63,050 bases of DNA from an uncultured virus (IMG/VR IMGVR_UViG_3300028048_001604) (IMGVR_UViG_3300028048_001604); one strand, 5' to 3'. Positions 28,630-38,309 are shown, counted from the stretch's first letter. The notes: generated from the sequence alone by a model not told the origin. A program made the numbers and translations.

Positions 28630-29352
28630 CTATTTAAAACATTTTGTAACATCATTCTTTTGAGCAACTGAGTTAGATATTTGGTCTAACTTTGTATATA
28701 GACCACCAAAAATATTTGCTCTGTAATCTTCTACCTCAGAATCACTCAATTCAGTACCCCTTATAACTAGTCGCTTTGTACCCTTTTCTGTACAGGTAAT
28801 AATTGTAACTACACTATGTTTATCATCATCTGTGTCTAGTACAGACATAACTGTAGGTTCAACTACCTGTTTACTTGTAACAGTGTACGTATGCTTGTTA
28901 CCCTCGGAATCGTAAGCGTCAAAGGTATCGAACAAGTTAAGATTTTTTACCTCGTTTAAGATACACTTAAATGTTTCGCTGGAGTGACCTGCTAAAGCAC
29001 AATTACCCAATGCACCTACTTCAACTGTACCTTCGTAGTGACCTACACCTTTTGCTAAAGATGTCTTTGATGTACCCTCGTATATGTTCGCTAAAACATT
29101 ACATTTAGGTATGCTTAAAACATTTTTATATTCAGTTACATCGTCTACTTTCTGGTCTTCATCTAACTCATTAATTTCGCCTACGGTCTGCTTATTTAAT
29201 ACATCAGATGACATTTCAATATTGGTATTATCTTTATCAGCTACCCTGTATGCTTTCTCTGTTGCTGACTTCTGGTATAAAAATACCCCAACTAGAGATA
29301 GACTGCCTATAAGACAAATGCCTGCTACAATATATAAAAACTTTTTGTCCAT
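28630..29352 (-). CDS. Sortase (class D-like)
   Basis: N-terminal TM; LSIPK, GVGHY, LAGHS (His), TIITC (Cys) and downstream Arg. Confidence 0.9.
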   Translation of the reverse strand: MDKKFLYIVAGICLIGSLSLVGVFLYQKSATEKAYRVADKDNTNIEMSSDVLNKQTVGEINELDEDQKVDDVTEYKNVLSIPKCNVLANIYEGTSKTSLAKGVGHYEGTVEVGALGNCALAGHSSETFKCILNEVKNLNLFDTFDAYDSEGNKHTYTVTSKQVVEPTVMSVLDTDDDKHSVVTIITCTEKGTKRLVIRGTELSDSEVEDYRANIFGGLYTKLDQISNSVAQKNDVTKCFK

Positions 29353-29361
29353 TAAATCTCC

Positions 29362-30048
29362 TTAAACAAAAGTTATTAAAGGAATTCTAGATATATCTAA
29401 AGTACCTTCAAAAATTTCAGATGCCTTGAGAGTTCTATTGTCGTTCTTTGCCATGTTTGCGAGTCTGTCAGCAATATCATTACCCCTGATTCCTGAATGT
29501 GCTTTTGCATGAGTGAAGTCTATAAACAAATTGTTATCCTTAACAAGTTTGTTATATGCGTTTGCATAGGCAATAGACAACTCTTTTTTGTTAGACCATT
29601 CTCCGTTAATCCATTTTTCAATTCCAATAAAATCGTAGTAGATGTGGCAGATATGCTTATCCATCTGAGAGCATAAAGTAAGAGCCGTAATAACGGATGC
29701 TAACTCGCCTGCAAGCTGTCTACTTTTGCTATGCCCTTCTAACTTGAAAGCAAAATCACGAGATACACCGCCAAACAACTCTAAATGAATACCACTAGTA
29801 GGTGTATTTGTTACCTTATCAAAAGAACCATCAGTGAATATACATACTTCTGCTGGGTCTATTGGAGTCTTAACACTAATAGGCTGGACTGGTGCTAAAG
29901 TACCATTTATGTATGCACGAGCATCGTCGTATGACTTAAAACTCTTAAACTCTGCACCACTAAAACCGCTAACCTGTTCTTGACATTCTTCCCAAGTATT
30001 GTATACACCTTTTACTTTACCTTTTTTAACTGCATAAAATTTAGCCAT
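29362..30048 (-). CDS. rnhA: Ribonuclease HI with N-terminal hybrid-binding (viroplasmin-like) domain
   Basis: FYAVKKG...GVYNTWEEC...FKSF; FTDGS, GEL, YYDF, AHSG..GNDIADRLA. Confidence 0.92.
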   Translation of the reverse strand: MAKFYAVKKGKVKGVYNTWEECQEQVSGFSGAEFKSFKSYDDARAYINGTLAPVQPISVKTPIDPAEVCIFTDGSFDKVTNTPTSGIHLELFGGVSRDFAFKLEGHSKSRQLAGELASVITALTLCSQMDKHICHIYYDFIGIEKWINGEWSNKKELSIAYANAYNKLVKDNNLFIDFTHAKAHSGIRGNDIADRLANMAKNDNRTLKASEIFEGTLDISRIPLITFV

Positions 30049-30085
30049 AATACCACCTCATTAACTAAATACTTTAATTTATTAT

Positions 30086-30114
30086 ATTATAACATAAAGT
30101 ATGCTTTCTGTGAA
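30086..30114 (-). promoter_or_regulatory. RNase H/sortase operon promoter TTCACA-17-TATAAT; -35 partly supplied by the IS right end
   Basis: Minus strand TTCACAgaaagcatactttaTGtTATAAT. Confidence 0.7.
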
Positions 30115-30524
30115 CACCCCCATATGCTTAAGCATAGGGGATTCTGTTACTAAATTTATTTATAGCAACTTGTTCATCTGCATATTCGGAAAAGACTTAG
30201 CTTTATACTCTGACGAGCAGTATCACCACATCTAAACTATTATACAGATGACTGAATCCTTAATTTCTACTGCATAACTTGATGTTAATTTCACACAATC
30301 TCTTTTCCGTAAGTTATTTATCACTCTCTAACTCTAAAATTCTTTGTATCATATACAAAATACAATCTGGAGTATTTCTCCAACCTTGTTCCCAAGATTG
30401 AAGTGTTTTCAAATGTATATGAGATTCTTTAGCAAATTGACTTTGACTAAGCCTCGTTTGCTTTCTTAATTCTAAAATAATTCTATTTTTTATAAGTTTA
30501 TTATACCACAATATAGGGTAAATA
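30111..30524 (-). mobile_element. Internally deleted IS200/IS605-family (tnpB-type) miniature element
   Basis: Right-end hairpin AATCCCCTATGCTTAAGCATATGGGGGTGTTCA; XRE HTH gene; short tnpB-like N-terminal stub (VKLTSSYAVEIK, 30259-30294); left junction follows TTGA(T). Confidence 0.6.
30314..30511 (-). CDS. XRE-family HTH protein (start uncertain, possibly degenerate)
   Basis: ELRKQTRLSQSQFA...KTLQSWEQG. The track's TTG start lies inside a promoter (TG-TATAAT). Confidence 0.7.
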   Translation of the reverse strand: MWYNKLIKNRIILELRKQTRLSQSQFAKESHIHLKTLQSWEQGWRNTPDCILYMIQRILELESDK

Positions 30525-30528
30525 TCAA
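30500..30528 (-). promoter_or_regulatory. Hybrid sigma-A promoter TTGATA-17-TATAAT at the element's left junction
   Basis: Minus strand TTGATAtttaccctatattgTGgTATAAT. Confidence 0.7.
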
Positions 30529-30574
30529 GTTTATCTTAAAATTTAATTTATAAATTTTGTCAGCTAAATTATAG

Positions 30575-30603
30575 AAAAGGCAGACCTTTTTATCGGTCTG
30601 CCT
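30575..30603 (-). terminator. Intrinsic terminator of the 1723-aa gene
   Basis: AGGCAGACC-loop-GGTCTGCCT followed by TTT on the minus strand. Confidence 0.75.
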
Positions 30604-30622
30604 AATCTCTATACCCTATGGT

Positions 30623-33600
30623 TTACCAACTCTGAGTATCCGTTGTAGAACCTGAAATCTTGAAGTCAGTACCCATTACCTTGATATTGTTGATAAATAC
30701 GTCACCACTATTTACTGCCTTGGTATTATCGCTTGTGGTATTATCAAATTCTGTAAAAGCATTTGTACCACGGATATTACCCTTCTTGAAGTAGAGTGAG
30801 ATACCGAAGTATGCGTCTTTTGTAGAATTCTTATTAGCTGAATCAGAAAGACTATAATCAATCTTATCTGTAACTGCTACATTACCAAATTCAATATCGT
30901 TGTTTGTGAATCGTCTTACTACAAAAGTACGTACATATTCATCATACCAATGGTCTTTATTTCCAAAGCCTTCAACTGCCTGAGATTTATTACCCTCCGA
31001 TGTTGAAGATACTACTGAATCACGCATAGCCTCTTCGATGCCAGTTTTATCAAACAACTCGGTAGCTTTTGTTGTTTTGCAGTTGTAATCAGATGCAATC
31101 TGAGCAATTAAAGCCTTATACCCAGTCCCATCACGATTAATTGAACCATTTGCAAACTCTAGAGGATAAGAACCTGCGTCTGTAATGCTACCCGTAACAT
31201 CTGCGATATTACCAAGGCTTGTGCTAAAGCCTGTAGCATATACGTTGTTTCCTACATTTAATGTAAGGTCTGCACCATAATTATCCTTGTTCTGTAACTG
31301 CTTAATCCACTCGGTGTAATCGGTTTTTAAATCAGCATACTTAGAAGTATATTTAGGGTCAATACCCGTTGGAATTACAGACTTATACGACTGTCTGATA
31401 CTACCATCTGCGTTCTTAAAGCCTGCTTTATCAACTCCATAGTTAATTGTATCAAGTACATAGCCTGCAGTACGGAGTTTTGCGTCTATCTTAGACTTTA
31501 CAGAAATATCTGAACCTGAGTAAACGGTTAGCTTGTTTGCACCACCACTAGATGCCTGACCTGTTGTAGCGTTGTCTGACATAACACTACCCGTGGCACC
31601 TGTACCGTTTGTATTTCTCATGCTCATAATATACAGTCCGACAGGAGATGTAGACCTCTTCTTTTCACCAATAGTCCAAATACCAGTTCTATTGATACTC
31701 TGTGATGACAACCACTTCTCTACCATCATTTTAACTTCTGGGAAGTAGTCAAAGGCTACCTGACCGTCGAAGTTTTCTACATATGCTGCATTGTAAGAAC
31801 TGCTATCAGTATTTATAGCTTTAGTATAATCTACAAACGAATCACTTACAGGAGATTTACCTGCTTTTGTATCAGTCTCACTATATTTCTGTACATATTC
31901 GTTAAGAATAAGAGAAATCTTTGATGCTGACCAACCTTTGTACTGTAGACCACCTGTACCCTCAAATACGAATGTGTCTTTGCCAATACCAACAGATGCT
32001 GTACTATTTCGTAAAGCGTCAGCCTGTTTTACAGTCTTAGGACTTGAGTTTACGTCTACCCCTAGATTTGAACATAACCAAGTAACATTTGCCTGATTTG
32101 GTTCATACTGTAATGAGGATACCGTTCTATTATCTCCTACTAAACTACGACTTAACATAAGATGGCTGTCTGCCCATACATTACCCTGGGTTCTAATATT
32201 TCTTGAGCCTGTACCCGACATTGGATAAGCTCCTACACACTGAGGGAATGTACTAGTATCGCCATTCTTCAAATATTCAGTACTCTTTGTATCACTAATA
32301 TTACCCGTTGTACTGTAACTATAATTTACGGTTTTATTTGTACCTCTAGGTGCATAGAATGTACCTACTGTAGTATGATACAAACTGAATACAGTATTTG
32401 TGAAGTACTTATTTAATTCATAGTCTGGTAGAGTAACGTCAGCACTTAAAGTAACATCATTAAGGTTCTTATACTTCAGAGCAATAACTGTATACCCAAC
32501 ATTACCACTGCCATCTGTGGCTCCTGCCCTACCCACATAATACTTGTTATCAGCAGTAAAACTGTTGAACTGATTATACCCAAGCGAATCGATGCTGCTT
32601 ATTACTGCATTTAAACTTGTCTTATCTTTGCTTGCCGTATCTAATAGAGTATTTGTATCAACTGGGCTAGAATCATCGTTATTGTTTTGTACATACCAAA
32701 CTGCTGCACAATTATCGCCTGCACTATATTTTTTCCAATCTGTACTATACTTTGATTCAGATGTGTCAGCACTGGTTACAATAGTGTTTGTGTTGGGGTC
32801 TACTGTAAGCTCTATATATCTCTGATTGACCTTATCTACTCTCTGGCATACCCATGCTGCAACACCAACATCACCGCCTGCTGTAATAGTGCCACCATCT
32901 GCTGATAGAGTAAATGTAGTTCCTTTGCTACGAGCATTTGTAAGGTTTGAACCTGAGAAACTGTTTGTTTGATTATTAACTGAGCTTGCACGTGTTGCAT
33001 TTGCATAAGCCAAGGCACTATCTGCAGAATTTACATCATGGCTTCTTACAGTATCCCAAATCTTAGCTTGACTTGAATCCCAAACATTACCAATAGCATT
33101 AGATTTTGTAGTCGTACTGCAAGAAAAACTGTAGTTTGCATAACTGAATACATCTAATGCGTTCTGTACACTACGCTGACCTGCCAAAGGCTGTGCCCAA
33201 GATGCCCAACCTTGAATGTACTTAGTATTGTTTGTGTCAATAGGAACATAATATTCTCCGTTTGCTACACCTTTGGCAATACCATATGAACCTGTTATTG
33301 CATTTGCTGGGTATCCAAACGTTCTATACTGCCATCTGTCGTAATCATCATTACTAGTATTATTTACTTCTGCTACTGTCGTAACCTTAATATTGTTTGA
33401 ATACCCAAGGTCTGCGTCGTTTACGATATGAGAAGTAGCATGAACACTACCATGTGTATCGTAGGAAACTGAAACATAATCCGCTAAATATACATAATCA
33501 AGATATGTACCGTTACCCCAATCATACCAATAAAGTCTAGGAAGTTCCGCAATGCCACGATTATTAAGTATAGTTATTACATCATCTTTAGTCCCGTTCC

Positions 33601-35794
33601 ATCTTCCACCTGATAAATTCATTGTTTCTGATATTGCACTGTCCAAGTCTCCATATTCAAATAGAAAAGGTCCTTGATTTTTTGTTTCGTTAAGTGGGAA
33701 TCTGTTACTGTCTGGCTTCCAGTTTGAGTATCCGTATACATGAACAGTAGTGCCACCACCAACCTGATAGCATCCTTTAACTTCGCAGGTATTTGTACTC
33801 AAATACCCCCAATATGTTTTGGCGCTTACTCTACCATTGAAAACACCACCGCCAGTACCTGCAGTAGTAACTGATATAGCTTTAGCAGTCTTAGGTTTAC
33901 TTAAAGCTTTAGCAATACTAGAAAAGTCTGGAGTATTTACTGTACCAAGATTACTTACAGGTAAGCCTGTACCGATAATGCCCAAGATTAAAAACAGAGA
34001 AAGGAAAGTATGCTTATTAATTATACCCTTGTCACGGAGTTTTGCATAGATGAAAATACCCAATGCAAGTACACCTAAAAGGATGCCTGCTAGGATAAGA
34101 TACATTCTGGTTACACCTGTCTGTGCAAGAGTACCACCTTTACCACTGCCTGAATAAATATCATCGTTTGTATATGTATAACTCATAGCCTCAACCTGAG
34201 GTGAGTTTTCTTTGATGTCTTTAACCTCAAAGGTCTGCGAATCAAAACCACCATTTTCTGTTACTGCACTTACAGTATAAACACCATTTGCAGTAATTGT
34301 AAATTCTGTGCTAGTTACATAAGCATTTGAATTAGTCTGACCATTTAAACTAAAAATAGATGGCTTATCAGCACTTACCTTAACAACAAGCTTGTTGTCT
34401 GTAATATTACCCAAACTGTATGTGAGTTTTACAGACTCCGTATTATCAGTTTTGCTTGCCTCTGGCATAACATTTGGAGCCTCTACATGAGAGTTGTCGA
34501 TTAAGTCTGTAGCTTTTGGTGCCTTAAACTGTGCCATTAAAGGGATAGATACAATATCTTTATCATCTACATTAGTATTATCCTTATCTTTAGGTATTAA
34601 AGATAGTCTTACGTCTAAAGAATACAAGTTTCCTACATCTGGAGCAACATCGCTTGTGCAAGTTAACTTTAGGCTGTTACCCTTCTTAGGTAGGTCTGCA
34701 AGAGTATATGTTTTCTGAACTGTTGTACCGTCAGACTTTGACAGTCTGTAAGTAGCCTGACCAAGCTTATACCCTGCTTTTGTTACGGAATCATCTAAAT
34801 CTAGAGATGCGTCAATATTGTATGTGTAGTAAGGTTCTGTAGTATTACCATCTAAATCAGCGTACTGTACCTTGTTCGCTACTACGTTGTTAAGCTTAAG
34901 AGATACACCTGAGAGAGTGCTAGGTGCTGTATTTTTGATAAGGTCTGATAACCTTATTTCAGTACCCTCGTTTACGTCATACTGATTAGGGTCAATCCAA
35001 TAACACTCATTCTTATCATCTAAAAATCCGTTAGTACCGCTTGCACCTGGAGCCTTAAATGGTTTAGCCTGAACTCTGATGCTAACGTCTGGCATACCTG
35101 CATCCAACATCTTTGTATAAAGTCCCGAAGTGATAACTTTAGATACAAGCATACATTTTGAGTTTATCTGCTCTTCATCAGTAAGTGTTTCATCTTTAGG
35201 AACATCCAAATCTTTTAGTACTTCATCTAATAGCTTATGATATGTAGCATTATATTCTGAATGGGCATTAAAAAAGTCCATTATGTTTTTATAAACAGGT
35301 TCGCAAGGAAATACCCCATAACTGCCTGCCCAAGTTGTTAAAGCACTACTAATATTACTACCATAAGTAGGTTTATCTTTATGGTAGGTTCTGTCTGCGA
35401 TACCATTTGAATTTGTATCGGTTGTATGATAACTACCATAAAAATTGTAGCCATACAAAGTAGTACCATCTTTATCGTATGTCTTACCTGTCGATTCAAC
35501 ATATCTGCCATAGTAGTTCTCGCCTAGTTTAGATGTGTTAAATCTGAACAGTAAGCACATATTCTCATTAGTACCCTTATCTGTATGGGTAACCTTCAAG
35601 TCCCCATTATCGGTACTAACTGCAACATTACTGCAATCAACAATAGGCAAATACCCACTGATGTCTGGTACTAGAAAGCCTGAAATGTCGTCTGCTTTAG
35701 CTTTTGGCTGTATAAATACCCCTAGACAGGAGCAGAATACCGCTATGACTGCTAGTACAAGAGCGACTCCTTTCATATTTAGTCTCTTAATCAT
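30623..35794 (-). CDS. Very large secreted/cell-surface protein with internal LAQTG sorting signal and second signal-peptide-like segment
   Basis: N-terminal signal peptide ending PKAKA; LAQTG (aa 556-560) + TM + basic residues; second hydrophobic stretch then PKTAKA (about aa 639); S/T/N/G-rich beta-type sequence. Confidence 0.8.
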   Translation of the reverse strand: MIKRLNMKGVALVLAVIAVFCSCLGVFIQPKAKADDISGFLVPDISGYLPIVDCSNVAVSTDNGDLKVTHTDKGTNENMCLLFRFNTSKLGENYYGRYVESTGKTYDKDGTTLYGYNFYGSYHTTDTNSNGIADRTYHKDKPTYGSNISSALTTWAGSYGVFPCEPVYKNIMDFFNAHSEYNATYHKLLDEVLKDLDVPKDETLTDEEQINSKCMLVSKVITSGLYTKMLDAGMPDVSIRVQAKPFKAPGASGTNGFLDDKNECYWIDPNQYDVNEGTEIRLSDLIKNTAPSTLSGVSLKLNNVVANKVQYADLDGNTTEPYYTYNIDASLDLDDSVTKAGYKLGQATYRLSKSDGTTVQKTYTLADLPKKGNSLKLTCTSDVAPDVGNLYSLDVRLSLIPKDKDNTNVDDKDIVSIPLMAQFKAPKATDLIDNSHVEAPNVMPEASKTDNTESVKLTYSLGNITDNKLVVKVSADKPSIFSLNGQTNSNAYVTSTEFTITANGVYTVSAVTENGGFDSQTFEVKDIKENSPQVEAMSYTYTNDDIYSGSGKGGTLAQTGVTRMYLILAGILLGVLALGIFIYAKLRDKGIINKHTFLSLFLILGIIGTGLPVSNLGTVNTPDFSSIAKALSKPKTAKAISVTTAGTGGGVFNGRVSAKTYWGYLSTNTCEVKGCYQVGGGTTVHVYGYSNWKPDSNRFPLNETKNQGPFLFEYGDLDSAISETMNLSGGRWNGTKDDVITILNNRGIAELPRLYWYDWGNGTYLDYVYLADYVSVSYDTHGSVHATSHIVNDADLGYSNNIKVTTVAEVNNTSNDDYDRWQYRTFGYPANAITGSYGIAKGVANGEYYVPIDTNNTKYIQGWASWAQPLAGQRSVQNALDVFSYANYSFSCSTTTKSNAIGNVWDSSQAKIWDTVRSHDVNSADSALAYANATRASSVNNQTNSFSGSNLTNARSKGTTFTLSADGGTITAGGDVGVAAWVCQRVDKVNQRYIELTVDPNTNTIVTSADTSESKYSTDWKKYSAGDNCAAVWYVQNNNDDSSPVDTNTLLDTASKDKTSLNAVISSIDSLGYNQFNSFTADNKYYVGRAGATDGSGNVGYTVIALKYKNLNDVTLSADVTLPDYELNKYFTNTVFSLYHTTVGTFYAPRGTNKTVNYSYSTTGNISDTKSTEYLKNGDTSTFPQCVGAYPMSGTGSRNIRTQGNVWADSHLMLSRSLVGDNRTVSSLQYEPNQANVTWLCSNLGVDVNSSPKTVKQADALRNSTASVGIGKDTFVFEGTGGLQYKGWSASKISLILNEYVQKYSETDTKAGKSPVSDSFVDYTKAINTDSSSYNAAYVENFDGQVAFDYFPEVKMMVEKWLSSQSINRTGIWTIGEKKRSTSPVGLYIMSMRNTNGTGATGSVMSDNATTGQASSGGANKLTVYSGSDISVKSKIDAKLRTAGYVLDTINYGVDKAGFKNADGSIRQSYKSVIPTGIDPKYTSKYADLKTDYTEWIKQLQNKDNYGADLTLNVGNNVYATGFSTSLGNIADVTGSITDAGSYPLEFANGSINRDGTGYKALIAQIASDYNCKTTKATELFDKTGIEEAMRDSVVSSTSEGNKSQAVEGFGNKDHWYDEYVRTFVVRRFTNNDIEFGNVAVTDKIDYSLSDSANKNSTKDAYFGISLYFKKGNIRGTNAFTEFDNTTSDNTKAVNSGDVFINNIKVMGTDFKISGSTTDTQSW

Positions 35795-35846
35795 AACTAC
35801 CTCCTTTGCAATATTAAAAACCTAATATATTATAGATGTATATGAC

Positions 35847-35889
35847 AAAAACCGAGTAGCAAGATACAGTGAATCTCGCTAACTCGGTT
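35847..35889 (-). terminator. Intrinsic terminator
   Basis: AACCGAGT...ACTCGGTT stem with T-run on the minus strand after the 35918 stop. Confidence 0.65.
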
Positions 35890-35917
35890 ATAAAAACTAG
35901 AAATACACTTATTTACA

Positions 35918-36937
35918 TTATTTTGTGGTGGTAGGTAGTTCAGTATTTGTATTTGTACCACCGTTATTAAGAGTCATCATAGCATCTTCAATGCTATCAA
36001 ATGTTGCTACATAATCAGCAGTCTTCTTAACCTGTGTTTTTACATAATCTTTAGCTTTAGATACATCTGGCTTTTGACGTAATTCATATTTTGATGTATC
36101 TGTAATAATTGCACGAGTAAGATTAAGTCTAGTACCCAAACCACCTGTTTCAATATTCACATACTTGATAATACCGTCAGCAACACCAAAAGTAACATTA
36201 GCGTCTGAGAAAGTTAAGTCCATATCCATGTTTTTTACATAATAATCTGCTAGATTTTTAACATTCTCGTCTTTAGAATAGTCTTTTGCGATGGCTTTAT
36301 ACAAACCCTGAGTGCCTACCCCTACAATATCCTTTACTGTGGATGCTGGAAGTTTAGCCTTATAAACCTTAAATTCTTCTTCGCCATTACCGATGTCCTG
36401 TGTAGCCTTCTTTTCTTTTGATACATCAGTAATTTTGTTCATAATCTCTGGCAGATACATATAAACTCTATCGCTTACCATGTCTTTATAACTCTTTGGC
36501 AGTGTGGTTACAGTAGCATTTTCAGAGCCAAAAGCATACAGATTCTTTTTATCGAGCCAGTCTGTAAGCAGATAATTGTTCTTTGTTGAATCTGATTCGA
36601 CTACTCCTACTTTTCCGTTACTGTCTACGGGGTATTCGGTATAACTTGTACCGTCTTTCATAACTACTTCAATATAGTTTGTAGTATCAGTACCTGCAAT
36701 CTGAGTAGTAACGATATACGTATCGTCATACTTCTTTAGAGCCTCATAAGCCTTATCCAGCTCTCTGTACTCTGTTGAGTGCATAACAGATTTTCTTGAA
36801 TCATGTGTGCATAAGATACAGATGAGCAGTAAAGATACAAATATTACAAATGTTAATACTACTGGGTAAATGTAAATACTAACGTCATGCCTTTTACCTT
36901 CTGTGTTACTAGACTTCTTAAACTTATTAAAAAACAT
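35918..36937 (-). CDS. Membrane-anchored extracellular protein
   Basis: N-terminal TM, beta-rich ectodomain. Confidence 0.75.
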   Translation of the reverse strand: MFFNKFKKSSNTEGKRHDVSIYIYPVVLTFVIFVSLLLICILCTHDSRKSVMHSTEYRELDKAYEALKKYDDTYIVTTQIAGTDTTNYIEVVMKDGTSYTEYPVDSNGKVGVVESDSTKNNYLLTDWLDKKNLYAFGSENATVTTLPKSYKDMVSDRVYMYLPEIMNKITDVSKEKKATQDIGNGEEEFKVYKAKLPASTVKDIVGVGTQGLYKAIAKDYSKDENVKNLADYYVKNMDMDLTFSDANVTFGVADGIIKYVNIETGGLGTRLNLTRAIITDTSKYELRQKPDVSKAKDYVKTQVKKTADYVATFDSIEDAMMTLNNGGTNTNTELPTTTK

Positions 36938-36941
36938 TCTT

Positions 36942-37457
36942 TTACTCCTTTTGAGATACGTTAGTTAGGTAACTAATAGTTTCAACTGCGTTTAAATACT
37001 CTCTAGACTTACCTCCATAATGTTTCTTCAATTCGAGCAATTTTGCCTCATACCCAATAACTTTGCCTGCCTGTTCATCAAACTCGCCTACCTGATAGAT
37101 AGCTGTCCATAGAAGTAATAGTTCGCTAGATAGTGTATTGAGTTCTTTATGTAATTCTGCACAAGCCTGCATAGGTGTATCATCATGGCACATAGCAAGG
37201 TCTTTAAATATAGGATTGAAACTTAACAGAGAAGAACTTGCGTCTGCGTGTCCCATGTCATTGATTAGATACCCAATATCGTGATTGTAGGCTAAAATAT
37301 ACATCTCCTCTCTACTCAAATGTTTGCACTCAAATCTGTTATAATACTGATAGCAGTATTCAGCAACTCCATGCATGAATTTTACCCTTGAACTTGGAAT
37401 TACATACCCAATGTCTAGAGAGTTTTCAACTCTATTGTTACTATGCCCAAAAATCAT
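36942..37457 (-). CDS. HD-domain protein
   Basis: FMHGVAE...LAYNHDIGY...GHA...CHD; some ligands look degenerate. Confidence 0.7.
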   Translation of the reverse strand: MIFGHSNNRVENSLDIGYVIPSSRVKFMHGVAEYCYQYYNRFECKHLSREEMYILAYNHDIGYLINDMGHADASSSLLSFNPIFKDLAMCHDDTPMQACAELHKELNTLSSELLLLWTAIYQVGEFDEQAGKVIGYEAKLLELKKHYGGKSREYLNAVETISYLTNVSQKE

Positions 37458-37494
37458 AATATCTCCTTTACACTTATTACTTTTTTATAATAAT

Positions 37495-37523
37495 ATTATA
37501 CATCAAAATTTCAGATTTGTCAA
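37495..37523 (-). promoter_or_regulatory. Sigma-A promoter TTGACA-17-TATAAT
   Basis: Minus strand TTGACAaatctgaaattttgatgTATAAT. Confidence 0.8.
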
Positions 37524-37583
37524 GGCTAAAATTCAGTATTTCTGGATATATTTAAACTAGTCTTGATTTACGAAAATGAGGTC

Positions 37584-37943
37584 TTAGCCTAATATCTTTT
37601 TGACTGCTTCGACTACCCTTTCGGCGTTGAAAGGCTTTACGATAAAGTCTTTTGCACCACTTTTAATTGCATCTACAACCATAGCCTGCTGTCCCATAGC
37701 TGAACACATAATTATGTTAGCATTAGGGTCAAACTCACGAATAAGTTTTACACCTTGAATACCATCTACATCTGGCATTGTAATATCCATCGTTACTAGG
37801 TCTGGGTTTAGCTCTTTGTATTTTTGTAATGCCTCGGCACCGTTCCCTGCCTCTCCTATGATTTCATACCCATTCTTCGTAAGAATATCTTTTAACATCA
37901 TTCTCATAAAATTTGCATCGTCAACTACCAAAATACTTTTCAT
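37584..37943 (-). CDS. cheY: Chemotaxis response regulator CheY (Firmicutes type), orphan
   Basis: VVDDANFMRMMLKDIL, DLVTMDITMP, CSAMGQQAMV, DFIVKPF: typical Bacillus/Clostridia CheY. Confidence 0.93.
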   Translation of the reverse strand: MKSILVVDDANFMRMMLKDILTKNGYEIIGEAGNGAEALQKYKELNPDLVTMDITMPDVDGIQGVKLIREFDPNANIIMCSAMGQQAMVVDAIKSGAKDFIVKPFNAERVVEAVKKILG

Positions 37944-37945
37944 TT

Positions 37946-38308
37946 TTACTGCATCTCCTTATAGATATTATAAGGATTATCAATTAAATCACGTCTATAA
38001 TATCTAAAATTAAACTTACCAGTTTGTTCATTCAAGTCCAAGTACCCATTACAAATCGAAGTGTTGCCATCTACATATTCACGAACTTCAACTCCTAATG
38101 ATATAAAATGTACATCTGGAGTAGAGTTCTGTAAGTCTACCCAATAGTTCATGAGTATTGGAAAGTTTGTTAAATCTATCGGCTCTTTAAACTCTACACA
38201 ATAAGCATTTCTTGAATCTTCCCATACCCTTGTGTACTTATTACTGTCTACCTCGCATAATAACTCCCAATCGCAATCAGAGTCTGCTGGTCTAAAAGCT
38301 AAATCCAT
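37946..38308 (-). CDS. Hypothetical protein
   Basis: 120 aa, GGAGGG RBS. Confidence 0.7.
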   Translation of the reverse strand: MDLAFRPADSDCDWELLCEVDSNKYTRVWEDSRNAYCVEFKEPIDLTNFPILMNYWVDLQNSTPDVHFISLGVEVREYVDGNTSICNGYLDLNEQTGKFNFRYYRRDLIDNPYNIYKEMQ

Positions 38309-38309
38309 A

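Noticed and set aside
30623..35794. Phage tail fibre or tape-measure call for the 1723-aa ORF
   Set aside because: A Sec signal peptide, sorting motif and TM helices point to a cell-surface protein.
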